Below, piece after piece: positions 1 to 8,323 of a DNA stretch of 45,841 nt. How positions within the stretch are numbered: the stretch's first letter is position 1; each line of letters starts with the position of its first letter. The DNA is from a virus (Duplodnaviria; Caudoviricetes), in IMG/VR virus record IMGVR_UViG_3300037458_001109, positions 1 through 45,841 of that record; one strand, given 5' to 3'. A model generated the notes under the pieces. That model saw only the letters and a list, made by a program, of their open reading frames with translations. It made no database searches and was not told where the DNA came from. Both the position numbers and the translations under genes were made by a program.

Positions 1-348
1 CTGTGTGTTGATGGCTGAGGGCACCAGCACCAGCGCAGGCCATGCGTTGCGGTGCTCCAGGATGTCCAGCGTCAGCTTGGTCTTGCCACCACCCGGGTCG
101 ATAAAGAACAGAAAGGCGTCGTGGGCGACGCCTAGCATGAACCCTACCCACTGGTGGAGCATCGGTTCTACTTTGGTCTTCAGCTTAACGCCTTTGGTAA
201 GCTCCTCCTTCGAGAGCTCCTTCATCCACCTCCAGTCATCTAGCGGCCTGTTCAAGTAGCGCTGGATGGCGCCTGGCGCGAGAACGGGGCCTTTGTGTCT
301 ACGCGCTGCGACCTTCGCCTTCGCCTTCTTCCTCTTCCACCACTCCAT
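1..348 (-). CDS. SF2 (SNF2-like) helicase, N-terminal part, truncated by window edge
   Basis: Manual translation (absent from ORF track): MEWWKRKK...EPMLHQ...FLFFIDPGGGKTKL...ALVLVP = Q motif, Walker A, motif Ia; frame open to position 1. Confidence 0.8.
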   Translation of the reverse strand, partial: MEWWKRKKAKAKVAARRHKGPVLAPGAIQRYLNRPLDDWRWMKELSKEELTKGVKLKTKVEPMLHQWVGFMLGVAHDAFLFFIDPGGGKTKLTLDILEHRNAWPALVLVPSAINTQ

Positions 349-1732
349 TGGAGACCCCCAAGATGCTCCAGTAGTCCCTGTCCATCATGCGGGACTCGAG
401 GCAGAACTGCCCAATCGGGTAGGACTGCTTTATGATCACGTTGAACTTGTCCTCGTCGTTCCGCCCTGCCGTCACAAACAGACGTGCAATCCCTAGCGCC
501 TTTTCCGACAACGTCTGGTTGTACGTGATGACTGCGTCACTGATGGCGATCTTGCTGTAGTCCTCAGCCGCGTGCTCTCCAGTCACTGTCTTCGCCTTCG
601 CGCCCTCTCTGTTGGACTGCGACGCTGTGACCAGCGCCAAGTTGCGCTCTACTGCTAGTCCCCGCAGATCCCGATACAGGGCACCAAGCTCCATCCGGTA
701 GTTCTTCGGGTCAACCTTCATGATGTCTGCGTAGTCCAGCACCACCATGTCCGGAACGAACTTGTGGACGTTGGCCAGTGTCTCGAGGTAAGCCTCGAGC
801 ATATGCACTGTCAGCTGGCCAGTAGGGAAGCGCTTGATCATCAGGTGGTCTTTGTAGCGCAACGCGCGGAGCTTCTTGCCTAGCTCCTTCAAATCCCGTT
901 CCGACTGCAGGTGAGGGCGCTTAGGTATCTCGGTGCTGCCGATCCCTACTAGCCTGCCTAGCTGATCCGTCTCGAAGTCAGCAATGCGCAGCGTCTCCAC
1001 CTCGTTCTTCGTCATCGAGAAAAGCGACTGCAGGCTGCGCTGCCCCACCTGCTGATCTTCTAACTCCAGCGTCACGTACACGACCCGCCAGCGCTGCATG
1101 ATGGCGCGCTTGGTGGCGTGTACGAGCCACCAGCTCTTGCCTTTCTTTGGTGGTGCGATGAACAGGTGAAGCTCGCCACGTGAGGGGCCGTAGTCTCGTC
1201 TGTCCAACTCTGGGATCTGCAGGATGACGCGCTCTTTACCTTCTGGCCGCTGGCGGATCGTCTTGTATGCCTCCGTTAGCGTAAGTCCCGCATCAAACAG
1301 ACTGAGCTTGTTCCTCAGCGCCCGTTCGATGACCATCTGCGCCTTGTCGATGTTGCCGTCCTGCAGTTCCTTCGTCGCCTCGACGATGCCTAGCTTCAAC
1401 TCCTGCTGGCGCGTGAACTTCTCCAGCTGGTTGATGACGTATTCCGCATTCAGCGACTCGCCTAGCTTCGCAACGTTGCGGACAATGGACTCAACGTTGC
1501 GCGCCTTCTCGCTATCCTCTTCCAGCACATCCTCGAGAAGGTCAGCCAAGTGCTCCTTAGGCGGGTGCTTGAACTGGTCTACGTAGGCGTAAACCCTCTC
1601 CACGATATCGCGGAAGACATACGTGGAGAAGAGTCTCGGAGGAATGCTGTTGCGGACAAGCTGGCAATACTGATCGTTGGTGCAGACGAGCGTCAGGACG
1701 TTCTCTTGCAGAGCGCCTGAGAGTTGATCCAT
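299..1732 (-). CDS. DnaB-like (SF4) replicative DNA helicase
   Basis: Walker A APPKKGKS, YVTLE, VVLDYAD (Walker B), TASQSNR motif; 477 aa. Confidence 0.9.
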   Translation of the reverse strand: MDQLSGALQENVLTLVCTNDQYCQLVRNSIPPRLFSTYVFRDIVERVYAYVDQFKHPPKEHLADLLEDVLEEDSEKARNVESIVRNVAKLGESLNAEYVINQLEKFTRQQELKLGIVEATKELQDGNIDKAQMVIERALRNKLSLFDAGLTLTEAYKTIRQRPEGKERVILQIPELDRRDYGPSRGELHLFIAPPKKGKSWWLVHATKRAIMQRWRVVYVTLELEDQQVGQRSLQSLFSMTKNEVETLRIADFETDQLGRLVGIGSTEIPKRPHLQSERDLKELGKKLRALRYKDHLMIKRFPTGQLTVHMLEAYLETLANVHKFVPDMVVLDYADIMKVDPKNYRMELGALYRDLRGLAVERNLALVTASQSNREGAKAKTVTGEHAAEDYSKIAISDAVITYNQTLSEKALGIARLFVTAGRNDEDKFNVIIKQSYPIGQFCLESRMMDRDYWSILGVSNGVVEEEEGEGEGRSA

Positions 1733-1735
1733 CTG

Positions 1736-1912
1736 CTACCCCTTCTTCGGCGGCTGTGTCGGGGTCGAACACTGATCGAGAACCCACGTGAAGATGCCCA
1801 GCATGAGGAACATGCCTCCACCTGCCAGCCCCGCAACCACGCCCCAGGAGACGTCTCTGGAGAACACGGCCAGCATGAGCAGGCCTATCCCTACGAACAG
1901 GTAGTGGAACAT
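1736..1912 (-). CDS. small membrane protein (58 aa, two hydrophobic segments)
   Basis: MFHYLFVGIGLLMLAVF...GMFLMLGIFTWVL; ATG overlaps the queE stop (TGATG). Confidence 0.6.
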   Translation of the reverse strand: MFHYLFVGIGLLMLAVFSRDVSWGVVAGLAGGGMFLMLGIFTWVLDQCSTPTQPPKKG

Positions 1913-2658
1913 CAGCGCATCCCCAGGATCTTGTGCTGTTGGAGGGACATGCGGTAGCCAAACTTCGTCGCCGAAAGCATCGCCGCCTGCATGTTCAGTT
2001 GGTTCTTCGCTAGGTCGTCCTCGTCGCACGGCTGCACGAAGACCATCGTCCTCGGCGTGTGCAGCGGTGGGCGGCAGAGCGTCAGCAGTCTGCCCTGGAT
2101 CTGAGTCCCGAAAGCAGGCAACCCATCACGCAGGCTCACTTCCTCCGCCTTGATGATGTACTTCCAGGCCAGAGCATGGCGGTAGATGGCGTCGTTGACG
2201 CTGCCTGTCTTGGGGCTCACCACGATGGAGACAGTGCCGGCTGTCATCAACGGGATTGCAGACTCAATCGGCGCATTGGCCAAATCCTCCAGCCACAAGG
2301 TGCCAGCAGTCTCGATCTGCACGTGAAAGCCCCAGCGGCACAGCTCTTTGATCAGAGGGACGATGTTTTGCCGCATCGGCTCTCCACCAGTCAGCACCAC
2401 CAAACGGTAGTTGTGGTCGCGCTGCGCCCGCACTGCTTCTTCCAGCAGCATTTCGATGGCGACGGGCTCACTGTCGATATTGGACTCGAAGTCGGTGTCG
2501 CAGAAATGGCAGCGCAGATTGCACCCTGCAAGGCGGACGAAGAAAGCAGGCACGCCCGCATAGGGGCCCTCACCCTGGATGGTCATGAAGCGCTCCTGGA
2601 CGATCAGGCGCCCCATAGGATCGATCACCTGCTTGCGGACGGGGTTTTGGCCAAACAT
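1912..2658 (-). CDS. queE: 7-carboxy-7-deazaguanine synthase (radical SAM)
   Basis: TIQGEG, FVRLAGCNLRCHFCDT (CxxxCxxC), LTGGEP, IETAG, VSPK, SLQQHK motifs. Confidence 0.93.
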   Translation of the reverse strand: MFGQNPVRKQVIDPMGRLIVQERFMTIQGEGPYAGVPAFFVRLAGCNLRCHFCDTDFESNIDSEPVAIEMLLEEAVRAQRDHNYRLVVLTGGEPMRQNIVPLIKELCRWGFHVQIETAGTLWLEDLANAPIESAIPLMTAGTVSIVVSPKTGSVNDAIYRHALAWKYIIKAEEVSLRDGLPAFGTQIQGRLLTLCRPPLHTPRTMVFVQPCDEDDLAKNQLNMQAAMLSATKFGYRMSLQQHKILGMR

Positions 2659-3152
2659 ACGTCACCTTTCTGTATCTGTTGGAGAACGACGCTCTGGAGG
2701 ATCCCCGATTCGAGGTACCCGGGCAGTTGATCCTCGATGAGCTCGTTCAGCGGGAGCAGCGCGTCGAGGGCGTTGTGGACAGTGGGACTGACGTCACGCT
2801 CCTCGAGGCTGTTGAAGCACAGGATCAGGAAGTAGTTGACCAGACCCCGGTGCTCCTGCTGCGACGTTCGTGGAAACAGCTTGGCCAACGTCTTGTTGAC
2901 CTCGTCAGCCATGGCCACGATGCGGTGGTACGTCTTCGGATCGAAGCGCCGGACGCTGGAGAGTGAGGGAGGCTCGACCTGCGTATGTCTCCGGTACTGT
3001 TCGGAGAACAAGCGGTAGAATGCTTCCCCTGCTCCGTCAACGCTTGCCTGTTGCTGCGCCGTCCCCGAAAGGAACTGGGCACGGGTCGCAACTTCTCGCA
3101 GCTGGCTCTTGGTCAGCTGCGGCAGCGCCTTCAGAACTCCGTCGAAGGTCAC
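2625..3152 (-). CDS. hypothetical helical protein (175 aa)
   Basis: Protein-like C-terminal part of ORF 2625..3542; GTG start overlaps the upstream stop (GTGA). Confidence 0.65.
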   Translation of the reverse strand: MTFDGVLKALPQLTKSQLREVATRAQFLSGTAQQQASVDGAGEAFYRLFSEQYRRHTQVEPPSLSSVRRFDPKTYHRIVAMADEVNKTLAKLFPRTSQQEHRGLVNYFLILCFNSLEERDVSPTVHNALDALLPLNELIEDQLPGYLESGILQSVVLQQIQKGDVCLAKTPSASR

Positions 3153-3415
3153 TTGGCGCGCTTCGCTGCCAACTTGGCCCTTCTTCGCTGGTGCACGTCG
3201 TCCTGGCGCGCTTCTTCCTCGGTCAGATCCATCGCCCCGGAGACTTCCAGCGCCAGGCGTGCCGCATCGGGGTTGCCGAGAAGTGCCTGACGGTGGACGG
3301 CGTTGAGGATCTTGTCCTTGTCCCGCTGGATGCGATGGATTGCGGTCGGCTGCGGGATGCCTTTGGGCCGCCCCTTGCTCAGCGGGGGCCGAGGCGTCTT
3401 CTTCGTTGGTGCCAT
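3149..3415 (-). CDS. small basic protein with GRPKG motif (DUF5681-like, possible DNA binding)
   Basis: AAGGAG RBS; SKGRPKG followed by a helical QALLGNPDAARLAL segment. Confidence 0.55.
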   Translation of the reverse strand: MAPTKKTPRPPLSKGRPKGIPQPTAIHRIQRDKDKILNAVHRQALLGNPDAARLALEVSGAMDLTEEEARQDDVHQRRRAKLAAKRAK

Positions 3416-3474
3416 TGCGTGCTTCTCCTTTTTTCTGCTGCGCGGAATTCGCAGTTTGCTTCTCCTTGCAGGTG

Positions 3475-3765
3475 GGGTCAAGATCTACTGCCATCGGTCG
3501 TGTTAAGGTATGTGCTGGTCGAGGATTTGGATTGGTCGGCATTGTTGGTCATGGCCAGAGGATGTTGGTCATGGCCGCCTACGCGCGCACGCGCGCGAGC
3601 AGCAACCTGTGGATAACTCTCGCTCTTACTAAAGTAAGAGCTCGAGAGAGTTATCCAGCACAGCGGAGCGTGAAGAAGAACTCATCCCTTCGCTGCGCTT
3701 CGGGCTGAGTCAGGCCGCCTCCGCGGCCTGCATTGCGAGTCGCTTCGCTGTGCTCTTCTTCTTCA
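3475..3765. other. putative replication origin / structured intergenic element
   Basis: Perfect DnaA box TGTGGATAA 3608-3616 at the left arm of a 48-bp palindrome (3610-3657); 14-bp direct repeat TGTTGGTCATGGCC at 3543 and 3563; six GGTC motifs; further inverted repeats to 3765. Confidence 0.45.
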
Positions 3766-4062
3766 GAAGACATCGAACTTGGTGATGACGTACATATGGC
3801 TTCCCAAGTCCTCGCTCGACCAACGTCTGGCCGACTCTCGTCGCCACCACTTCTTCGGAAGGGGCTTCCGAGTCCTCTTCGAGTGGTCAGCTTCCACGGC
3901 CAGGCGTGCCTTCGGAAATGCAGTAAACAGGCGGAGAATCTTGGAGGTGACGCGCTCTGTTCCCATGGGGCCGCCAACGCCGGTCAGGTCTTCTATTTCG
4001 ACCATGTAAACGACCCTTCGGTTACGCTTCGCCGCCGACGTCTTTTTCTTGGTGGTTGCCAT
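3763..4062 (-). CDS. hypothetical basic protein
   Basis: GAGG RBS, packed against neighbours in the leftward operon. Confidence 0.6.
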   Translation of the reverse strand: MATTKKKTSAAKRNRRVVYMVEIEDLTGVGGPMGTERVTSKILRLFTAFPKARLAVEADHSKRTRKPLPKKWWRRESARRWSSEDLGSHMYVITKFDVF

Positions 4063-4067
4063 GCTGG

Positions 4068-4358
4068 TCACCTCTTCATCAGATGGATCAGGTAAGGCAG
4101 TTGGAACTGGAGGTTGAAGCTGCCTCCGTTGGTGACGACCAGTGGGGTCCCGTTGTACTCCTGGAAGGGCTGGTCGCTGCCTGGCAGCCTGATGAACGGC
4201 ACCACCGTTACGTCGGCTCGGCCGATACCTTCGTCGCTGATTTTCACCTCGACGACTTTGAAGCCGAGGCCTGCGTAGCCCTCGGGGACTGGTTCCTCAC
4301 CATCGAGGATGCGGCGAACACGCTCCTCGTCGAAGGTGAAGGGCGGGACGTTGGTCAT
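4068..4358 (-). CDS. hypothetical protein
   Basis: GGGAG RBS before ATG 4358; operon packing. Confidence 0.6.
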   Translation of the reverse strand: MTNVPPFTFDEERVRRILDGEEPVPEGYAGLGFKVVEVKISDEGIGRADVTVVPFIRLPGSDQPFQEYNGTPLVVTNGGSFNLQFQLPYLIHLMKR

Positions 4359-4409
4359 GCTGTTACTCCCATCGATAGGTATGTTGGTTTCGTCTTTTCG
4401 GACGCCTGT

Positions 4410-4523
4410 CAAGCGCTTTTTGCCGTTTTCGGGTGGCCCCTAGCGCTTGCTTTAGGGGGTCTAGCAGCGTTTTTCGGCCCCTAGCGGGTACTAGGGTAGC
4501 GGGCAGGGGGCAAAAAGCGCTTG
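4410..4523. repeat. 15-bp perfect inverted repeat flanking a CTAG-rich spacer
   Basis: CAAGCGCTTTTTGCC (4410-4424) / GGCAAAAAGCGCTTG (4509-4523); GGCCCCTAGCG twice inside. Confidence 0.8.
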
Positions 4524-4655
4524 TAGGGCCCCTGTAGCGCGTCGCAGGGGCTGGGCGGGGATTGCTGCTAGCAGCAGTGCAGCTGACCCCGCCGGTTCCC
4601 CAGCTTGTGCGCAGTTGGGACGCTGGAGGGGGCTGGGAAGCCCCCAGGAGGTAGG

Positions 4656-4910
4656 CTAGTGGAGGCCCTCGGCTCCCTCGTTGACCGCAGGCGAAGCGTT
4701 GGGGTGCATCAGCCTGCGTGCGCGGTTCACGGCGCTGAACACTTCGTCGAACGTTTCGCGCACGTGGTACGCCATGGGGCCGGACTGCCCCATCATCGAC
4801 GTCACCACGATCGCCTCGAGGCCGCCGGGGGACCTGTCGACGATGATGATGAGACCCTGGTCGACTGCGAACGTCATTCCGGTGTCGTGCTTGGTCAGCT
4901 TGATCAGCAT
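4656..4910 (-). CDS. FlbD/SwrD-like small protein
   Basis: MLIKLT...LIIIV...YHVRETFDEV resembles the FlbD pattern MIxLT...I..I...V.ES..EV. Confidence 0.5.
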   Translation of the reverse strand: MLIKLTKHDTGMTFAVDQGLIIIVDRSPGGLEAIVVTSMMGQSGPMAYHVRETFDEVFSAVNRARRLMHPNASPAVNEGAEGLH

Positions 4911-4920
4911 TGCTCTTCCT

Positions 4921-5151
4921 TTACTTGGTGCGGCTGGCGAACTCGTCGCTCAGCTGCAAGGGGTGAGAGAAGTCCTCGTGGTACAGCAGAGCCGGAGCGG
5001 CCGCGCCGAGGATGTTGCCTGGCAGCCCCGCAGTCTCCTTGATGACGACAGCCTTCGGATGCTCGGCTGTGTCGAAGTGAAGTTCGAAGGACCCATCCGT
5101 GTCCGCCAGTTCTACGATGAGCTTATCGCCCGGTTCGAGCACGACGCGCAT
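4921..5151 (-). CDS. hypothetical protein
   Basis: AAGGAG RBS, operon packing. Confidence 0.65.
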   Translation of the reverse strand: MRVVLEPGDKLIVELADTDGSFELHFDTAEHPKAVVIKETAGLPGNILGAAAPALLYHEDFSHPLQLSDEFASRTK

Positions 5152-5512
5152 TGGTAGCTCCTTTCTTGACGTAGCTCAACAGCTTCATAGGCCCGTCGCA
5201 CTTGTTGCAGTGGTCGTAGGACGACCCGAAGTAGTGATGCTCCGTGCCGTCGTTCGCTCTCCAGTCTCCGGCAGAGGTTACGTCCTGCTCGTGGTGGCAG
5301 TCCATGCATTTCAGCCTCGCCGTCACCGAAGGGATTGCTCCTGGCTTCTTTGTAGGCGACGCCATTGCAGGGTTCTTGCCGCCTATGCCGGAGGGGCGGT
5401 GCCACTTAGCGCCGAGCACGTTGTTCTGTTTCCATGCTCCGCACTGGTAGCACCAAATGATCGCCCCTCCGGCAATCAGCCACGTAGACTGCCGATGGTC
5501 GTGTTTCTTCAT
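5123..5512 (-). CDS. hypothetical protein with three CxxC motifs (possible Zn ribbon)
   Basis: CYQC, CMDC, CNKC; ATGA overlap with upstream gene. Confidence 0.6.
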   Translation of the reverse strand: MKKHDHRQSTWLIAGGAIIWCYQCGAWKQNNVLGAKWHRPSGIGGKNPAMASPTKKPGAIPSVTARLKCMDCHHEQDVTSAGDWRANDGTEHHYFGSSYDHCNKCDGPMKLLSYVKKGATNARRARTGR

Positions 5513-6495
5513 ACCAGCAGCATGGCTTCAGCGTAGGCACGTTCCTTGATCCTCATGCCTTCGCCGAGCCAGCTCCTGTTGATGCGCGCCTCTCCGTCTC
5601 GCGCCCTGTTGTCGTGGTCGATGAAGCGTGTCACTGCGTTCAGGCACCCCCACACCGTGCCTTTGATGCCTTGCTGCCCCTCGCCGTTGTGGTACGTGTT
5701 GATCATGCGCAGGACGACGCTGTTGTCGCGAAGCTCGTCTTGCGCTGGCACTTCTTCCTTGCGCGGGTACGCCACGTGGTGGAAGTACTCGAATGCCTTC
5801 ACGTCCGTGATCTTCTTCGTTCGCATCTTCGACAGGTCGGCGGTGTATGACTTCCACGTGTCTTCGATGAGCTTCAGCTGCTCCGTGGCCGCCTTCGCCT
5901 CCCATTTGCTGTGGTGGGGCACCTTGATGATGCGCTGAGTCGTGCGGGGACCCGTTGCCTTGCCCTTCGCCATCGTGCGCAACAGCATCGGCAGCTGATT
6001 GAGACACCACAGCCGGATGCTAGTCACGATGCCTTGCGTGCTGAGTCCGCCGTCGACCCCCGTCAACAGCAGGAGGAAGCCCGATACCTTGTCCCCCTTC
6101 TTGTCGACGTCGATCTCGAACGGCGTGCGTGCTAGTCCCCAGAAGCGCCGTCCGCCGAGAGCCTGGCCGGCCATCTCCAGCTGGAAGCCATACATGTCCG
6201 CTGCGTGCGCGAAGAACTCCAGAATGTCTTTGGGCTGCACCACCTTGTACTTGTCCGACACCACGGCCAGCGGCGCTCCGTCGTCGCTGCGGCACAGTGT
6301 CTTGCGCCCTTTGAACTCGAAGACCTTCTTTGACGTGGGGTCTTTGTAGAGCACAGGCTGTTCGATGATCTCCCAGTTCAGCCTGGCCTTGTCTGCCCAC
6401 GTCTCCTGCTTCCCGTCCAGGATGTGGACGGCGTTCTGGTAAGCGGTAGCGCGATTTGTGCCAAAGGCACGAGCGATGTTGCTCAGTTGCGACAT
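5509..6495 (-). CDS. DUF932 family phage/plasmid protein
   Basis: LNWEI..PV, VVSDKYKVVQP, GGRRFW.LA, GVDG, IRLWCLNQL, GTVWGCLNAVT..DH motifs. Confidence 0.85.
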   Translation of the reverse strand: MSQLSNIARAFGTNRATAYQNAVHILDGKQETWADKARLNWEIIEQPVLYKDPTSKKVFEFKGRKTLCRSDDGAPLAVVSDKYKVVQPKDILEFFAHAADMYGFQLEMAGQALGGRRFWGLARTPFEIDVDKKGDKVSGFLLLLTGVDGGLSTQGIVTSIRLWCLNQLPMLLRTMAKGKATGPRTTQRIIKVPHHSKWEAKAATEQLKLIEDTWKSYTADLSKMRTKKITDVKAFEYFHHVAYPRKEEVPAQDELRDNSVVLRMINTYHNGEGQQGIKGTVWGCLNAVTRFIDHDNRARDGEARINRSWLGEGMRIKERAYAEAMLLV

Positions 6496-6512
6496 GACTG
6501 TCTCCTTGTCAG

Positions 6513-6962
6513 TTAAACGTAGCGAACAAATCTCAGGTTCAGCTTGTACTCGTTGCGGGCGCCTGAAACGCTATGCCAGCCGTTTTGGGTACGGAAGGTA
6601 GAGTAGGGGTCCCACTCCCACCCTTGCTTCTTCAGCGTCTTGTAGAGCGCTGTTTTCTTCACCACTCTTGAGGCCTCCTTCTCCCACTCTTCAGTGCCAA
6701 GCCCGGCTAGTGCTGTGACGTGGATCTCGTGAGTGCAGCACTCCCTTTTCTTGTTGACTCGTTCGAGGTTGGCCGGGTACAGCACTCCTTCGGCAGGCCT
6801 TTCGGCAAGCCCTGTGAGCGCCTGGGCAAGTTCCTCGAGGCTGATTGTTGTTTCGAGGAGAGGGTTGTAGTTGGCTGCATCTCGTATTGAGATTCTAACC
6901 ACCTTTTCGCCCGTTAGCTTGCCCATCGACACAGTCGCCTCAAACTTCACTTGGTCCATCAC
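6513..6962 (-). CDS. hypothetical protein
   Basis: 149-aa ORF in continuous leftward operon. Confidence 0.65.
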   Translation of the reverse strand: MMDQVKFEATVSMGKLTGEKVVRISIRDAANYNPLLETTISLEELAQALTGLAERPAEGVLYPANLERVNKKRECCTHEIHVTALAGLGTEEWEKEASRVVKKTALYKTLKKQGWEWDPYSTFRTQNGWHSVSGARNEYKLNLRFVRYV

Positions 6963-7222
6963 AGCCCCTTCCTATGGTTTTCGGGCAGAAGCTCTTTCAG
7001 CTTTTCGTACCACGCCTTCAGCGCTTCGTCTTTGGAGTGCCTCTCGAGACGGGGCTTAGAGTCGACCAGCCACAGCCTGACACGTGCAATGCACTCCGCA
7101 CACTCGACTGTCTTGCCGTCTTGTGCGATCAAGTTCGTAGCCACGTTCTTCTTGCACATCGTCTGGCTGTGCATTGTCGTCTCCGACGTCCGCATAGGTG
7201 CCATGAAGTAGGCGTGCAGCAT
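6959..7222 (-). CDS. hypothetical protein
   Basis: GAGG RBS; CAEC motif; stop overlaps next start. Confidence 0.6.
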   Translation of the reverse strand: MLHAYFMAPMRTSETTMHSQTMCKKNVATNLIAQDGKTVECAECIARVRLWLVDSKPRLERHSKDEALKAWYEKLKELLPENHRKGL

Positions 7223-7223
7223 G

Positions 7224-7505
7224 TCACCTCCTCTTCTTCGGGCGTTTAACGAGAACCGGCCTACTGCGTTTAGCTGGCATGTTGGCGTACTCCGTCAGCA
7301 GTCTCTTCACCGTGTGTTCGCTGATCTTCTTGTTGTGGCGTGCAGCGCGCCGCAGTGCGTCGGCGCAGTCAGCTAGGGTCGGATGCGTGATCCACGTCTC
7401 GCAGTCCTGCCCGTCTGCCACCAGGATGTAGCGCTTGAAGATTACCCTGGGGTCGGTGACGACGCTCAACGTAAAGGGGCCGTACCTCTTATCTAAGGTC
7501 TGCAT
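7224..7505 (-). CDS. hypothetical protein
   Basis: 93 aa, operon packing. Confidence 0.6.
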   Translation of the reverse strand: MQTLDKRYGPFTLSVVTDPRVIFKRYILVADGQDCETWITHPTLADCADALRRAARHNKKISEHTVKRLLTEYANMPAKRSRPVLVKRPKKRR

Positions 7506-7507
7506 GG

Positions 7508-8299
7508 TTAACCCCTATCGATGCGCGGGACGTTTTCCTGCGGTGAGGGAGGCGAGCTCTTTTTGTTCTCGATGGGGTTGGGGCGAATGTTGACGTTCCT
7601 CCCTTTCTCGACCCCGGCGTAGAACGCAGCGCCGTCGTGTGTCAGCTTCTGCGTGCCTTCGGTCTTCTTGTACGCAAACTGGCCCCACTTAGCTTCCACC
7701 GCCTGGCGCTTTGCCACTACCAGTGCTGTGGACGTGCTGTTGCCTCGCTCTGCTGCACGCTTCTCCTCGAGCGCCCTATGCAGGTTGCGGATGATGGCCG
7801 TTGCCATGCCGGCACGAAAGCTAGCGACAGTCTTCTTGAGATAGCGTGCATCCGGCGCGTTGGCGACGTAGTCCTTCGCCATGCGCCTCACAGCATCCAG
7901 CAGGTAGTCGAGTGTCCATCGACACACTTCTACGTCCACCTTGTAGCCGTAGATGGCGATGACTTGCCCTTGCTGCGGACCTTCGTACCTGATGGACACG
8001 TGGCAGTCGAACAGCTCTGACGTCGCGACCGCGATCCACTGTGCCCATGTGGGCACCTGCTTGCACCCCTTCTTGCTCTGCTTGTTCACGTCGCCTCTCA
8101 CCCAGTTGTAGGAGAGGTTGTCGGTGTCTTTCACCTCCTTCATGATGACTTGGGCGTTGTCGATGTTGTACTTCCTCATCATCGCCTCAGCCTGTTTCGC
8201 TGCGTTCGCTGCCTCATTTGGATTGGCACGTGTGTCCTGTGCCAGTGCCAGCAGCTTCTTGATCTTCTCGATTGCTCTAGTGCGATCAATTTCCATCAC
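7508..8299 (-). CDS. DUF2786-domain protein
   Basis: N-terminal IEKIKKLLALA...NEAANAAKQAEAMMRKYNI signature. Confidence 0.85.
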   Translation of the reverse strand: MMEIDRTRAIEKIKKLLALAQDTRANPNEAANAAKQAEAMMRKYNIDNAQVIMKEVKDTDNLSYNWVRGDVNKQSKKGCKQVPTWAQWIAVATSELFDCHVSIRYEGPQQGQVIAIYGYKVDVEVCRWTLDYLLDAVRRMAKDYVANAPDARYLKKTVASFRAGMATAIIRNLHRALEEKRAAERGNSTSTALVVAKRQAVEAKWGQFAYKKTEGTQKLTHDGAAFYAGVEKGRNVNIRPNPIENKKSSPPSPQENVPRIDRG

Positions 8300-8323
8300 A
8301 TGCCTCCGATTGCTTGGTTGTTG

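Noticed and set aside
3153-3542. N-terminal extension of ORF 2625..3542
   Set aside because: Overlaps the better-supported gene 3149..3415 and the origin-like region; GTG 3152 gives normal translational coupling
3657-3765. Hammerhead or other known self-cleaving ribozyme
   Set aside because: No CUGAnGA/GAAA core in the right arrangement on either strand
4384-4412. TTGACA on the minus strand as a sigma70 promoter
   Set aside because: No acceptable -10 hexamer at 16-18 nt spacing (AACCAA at 17)
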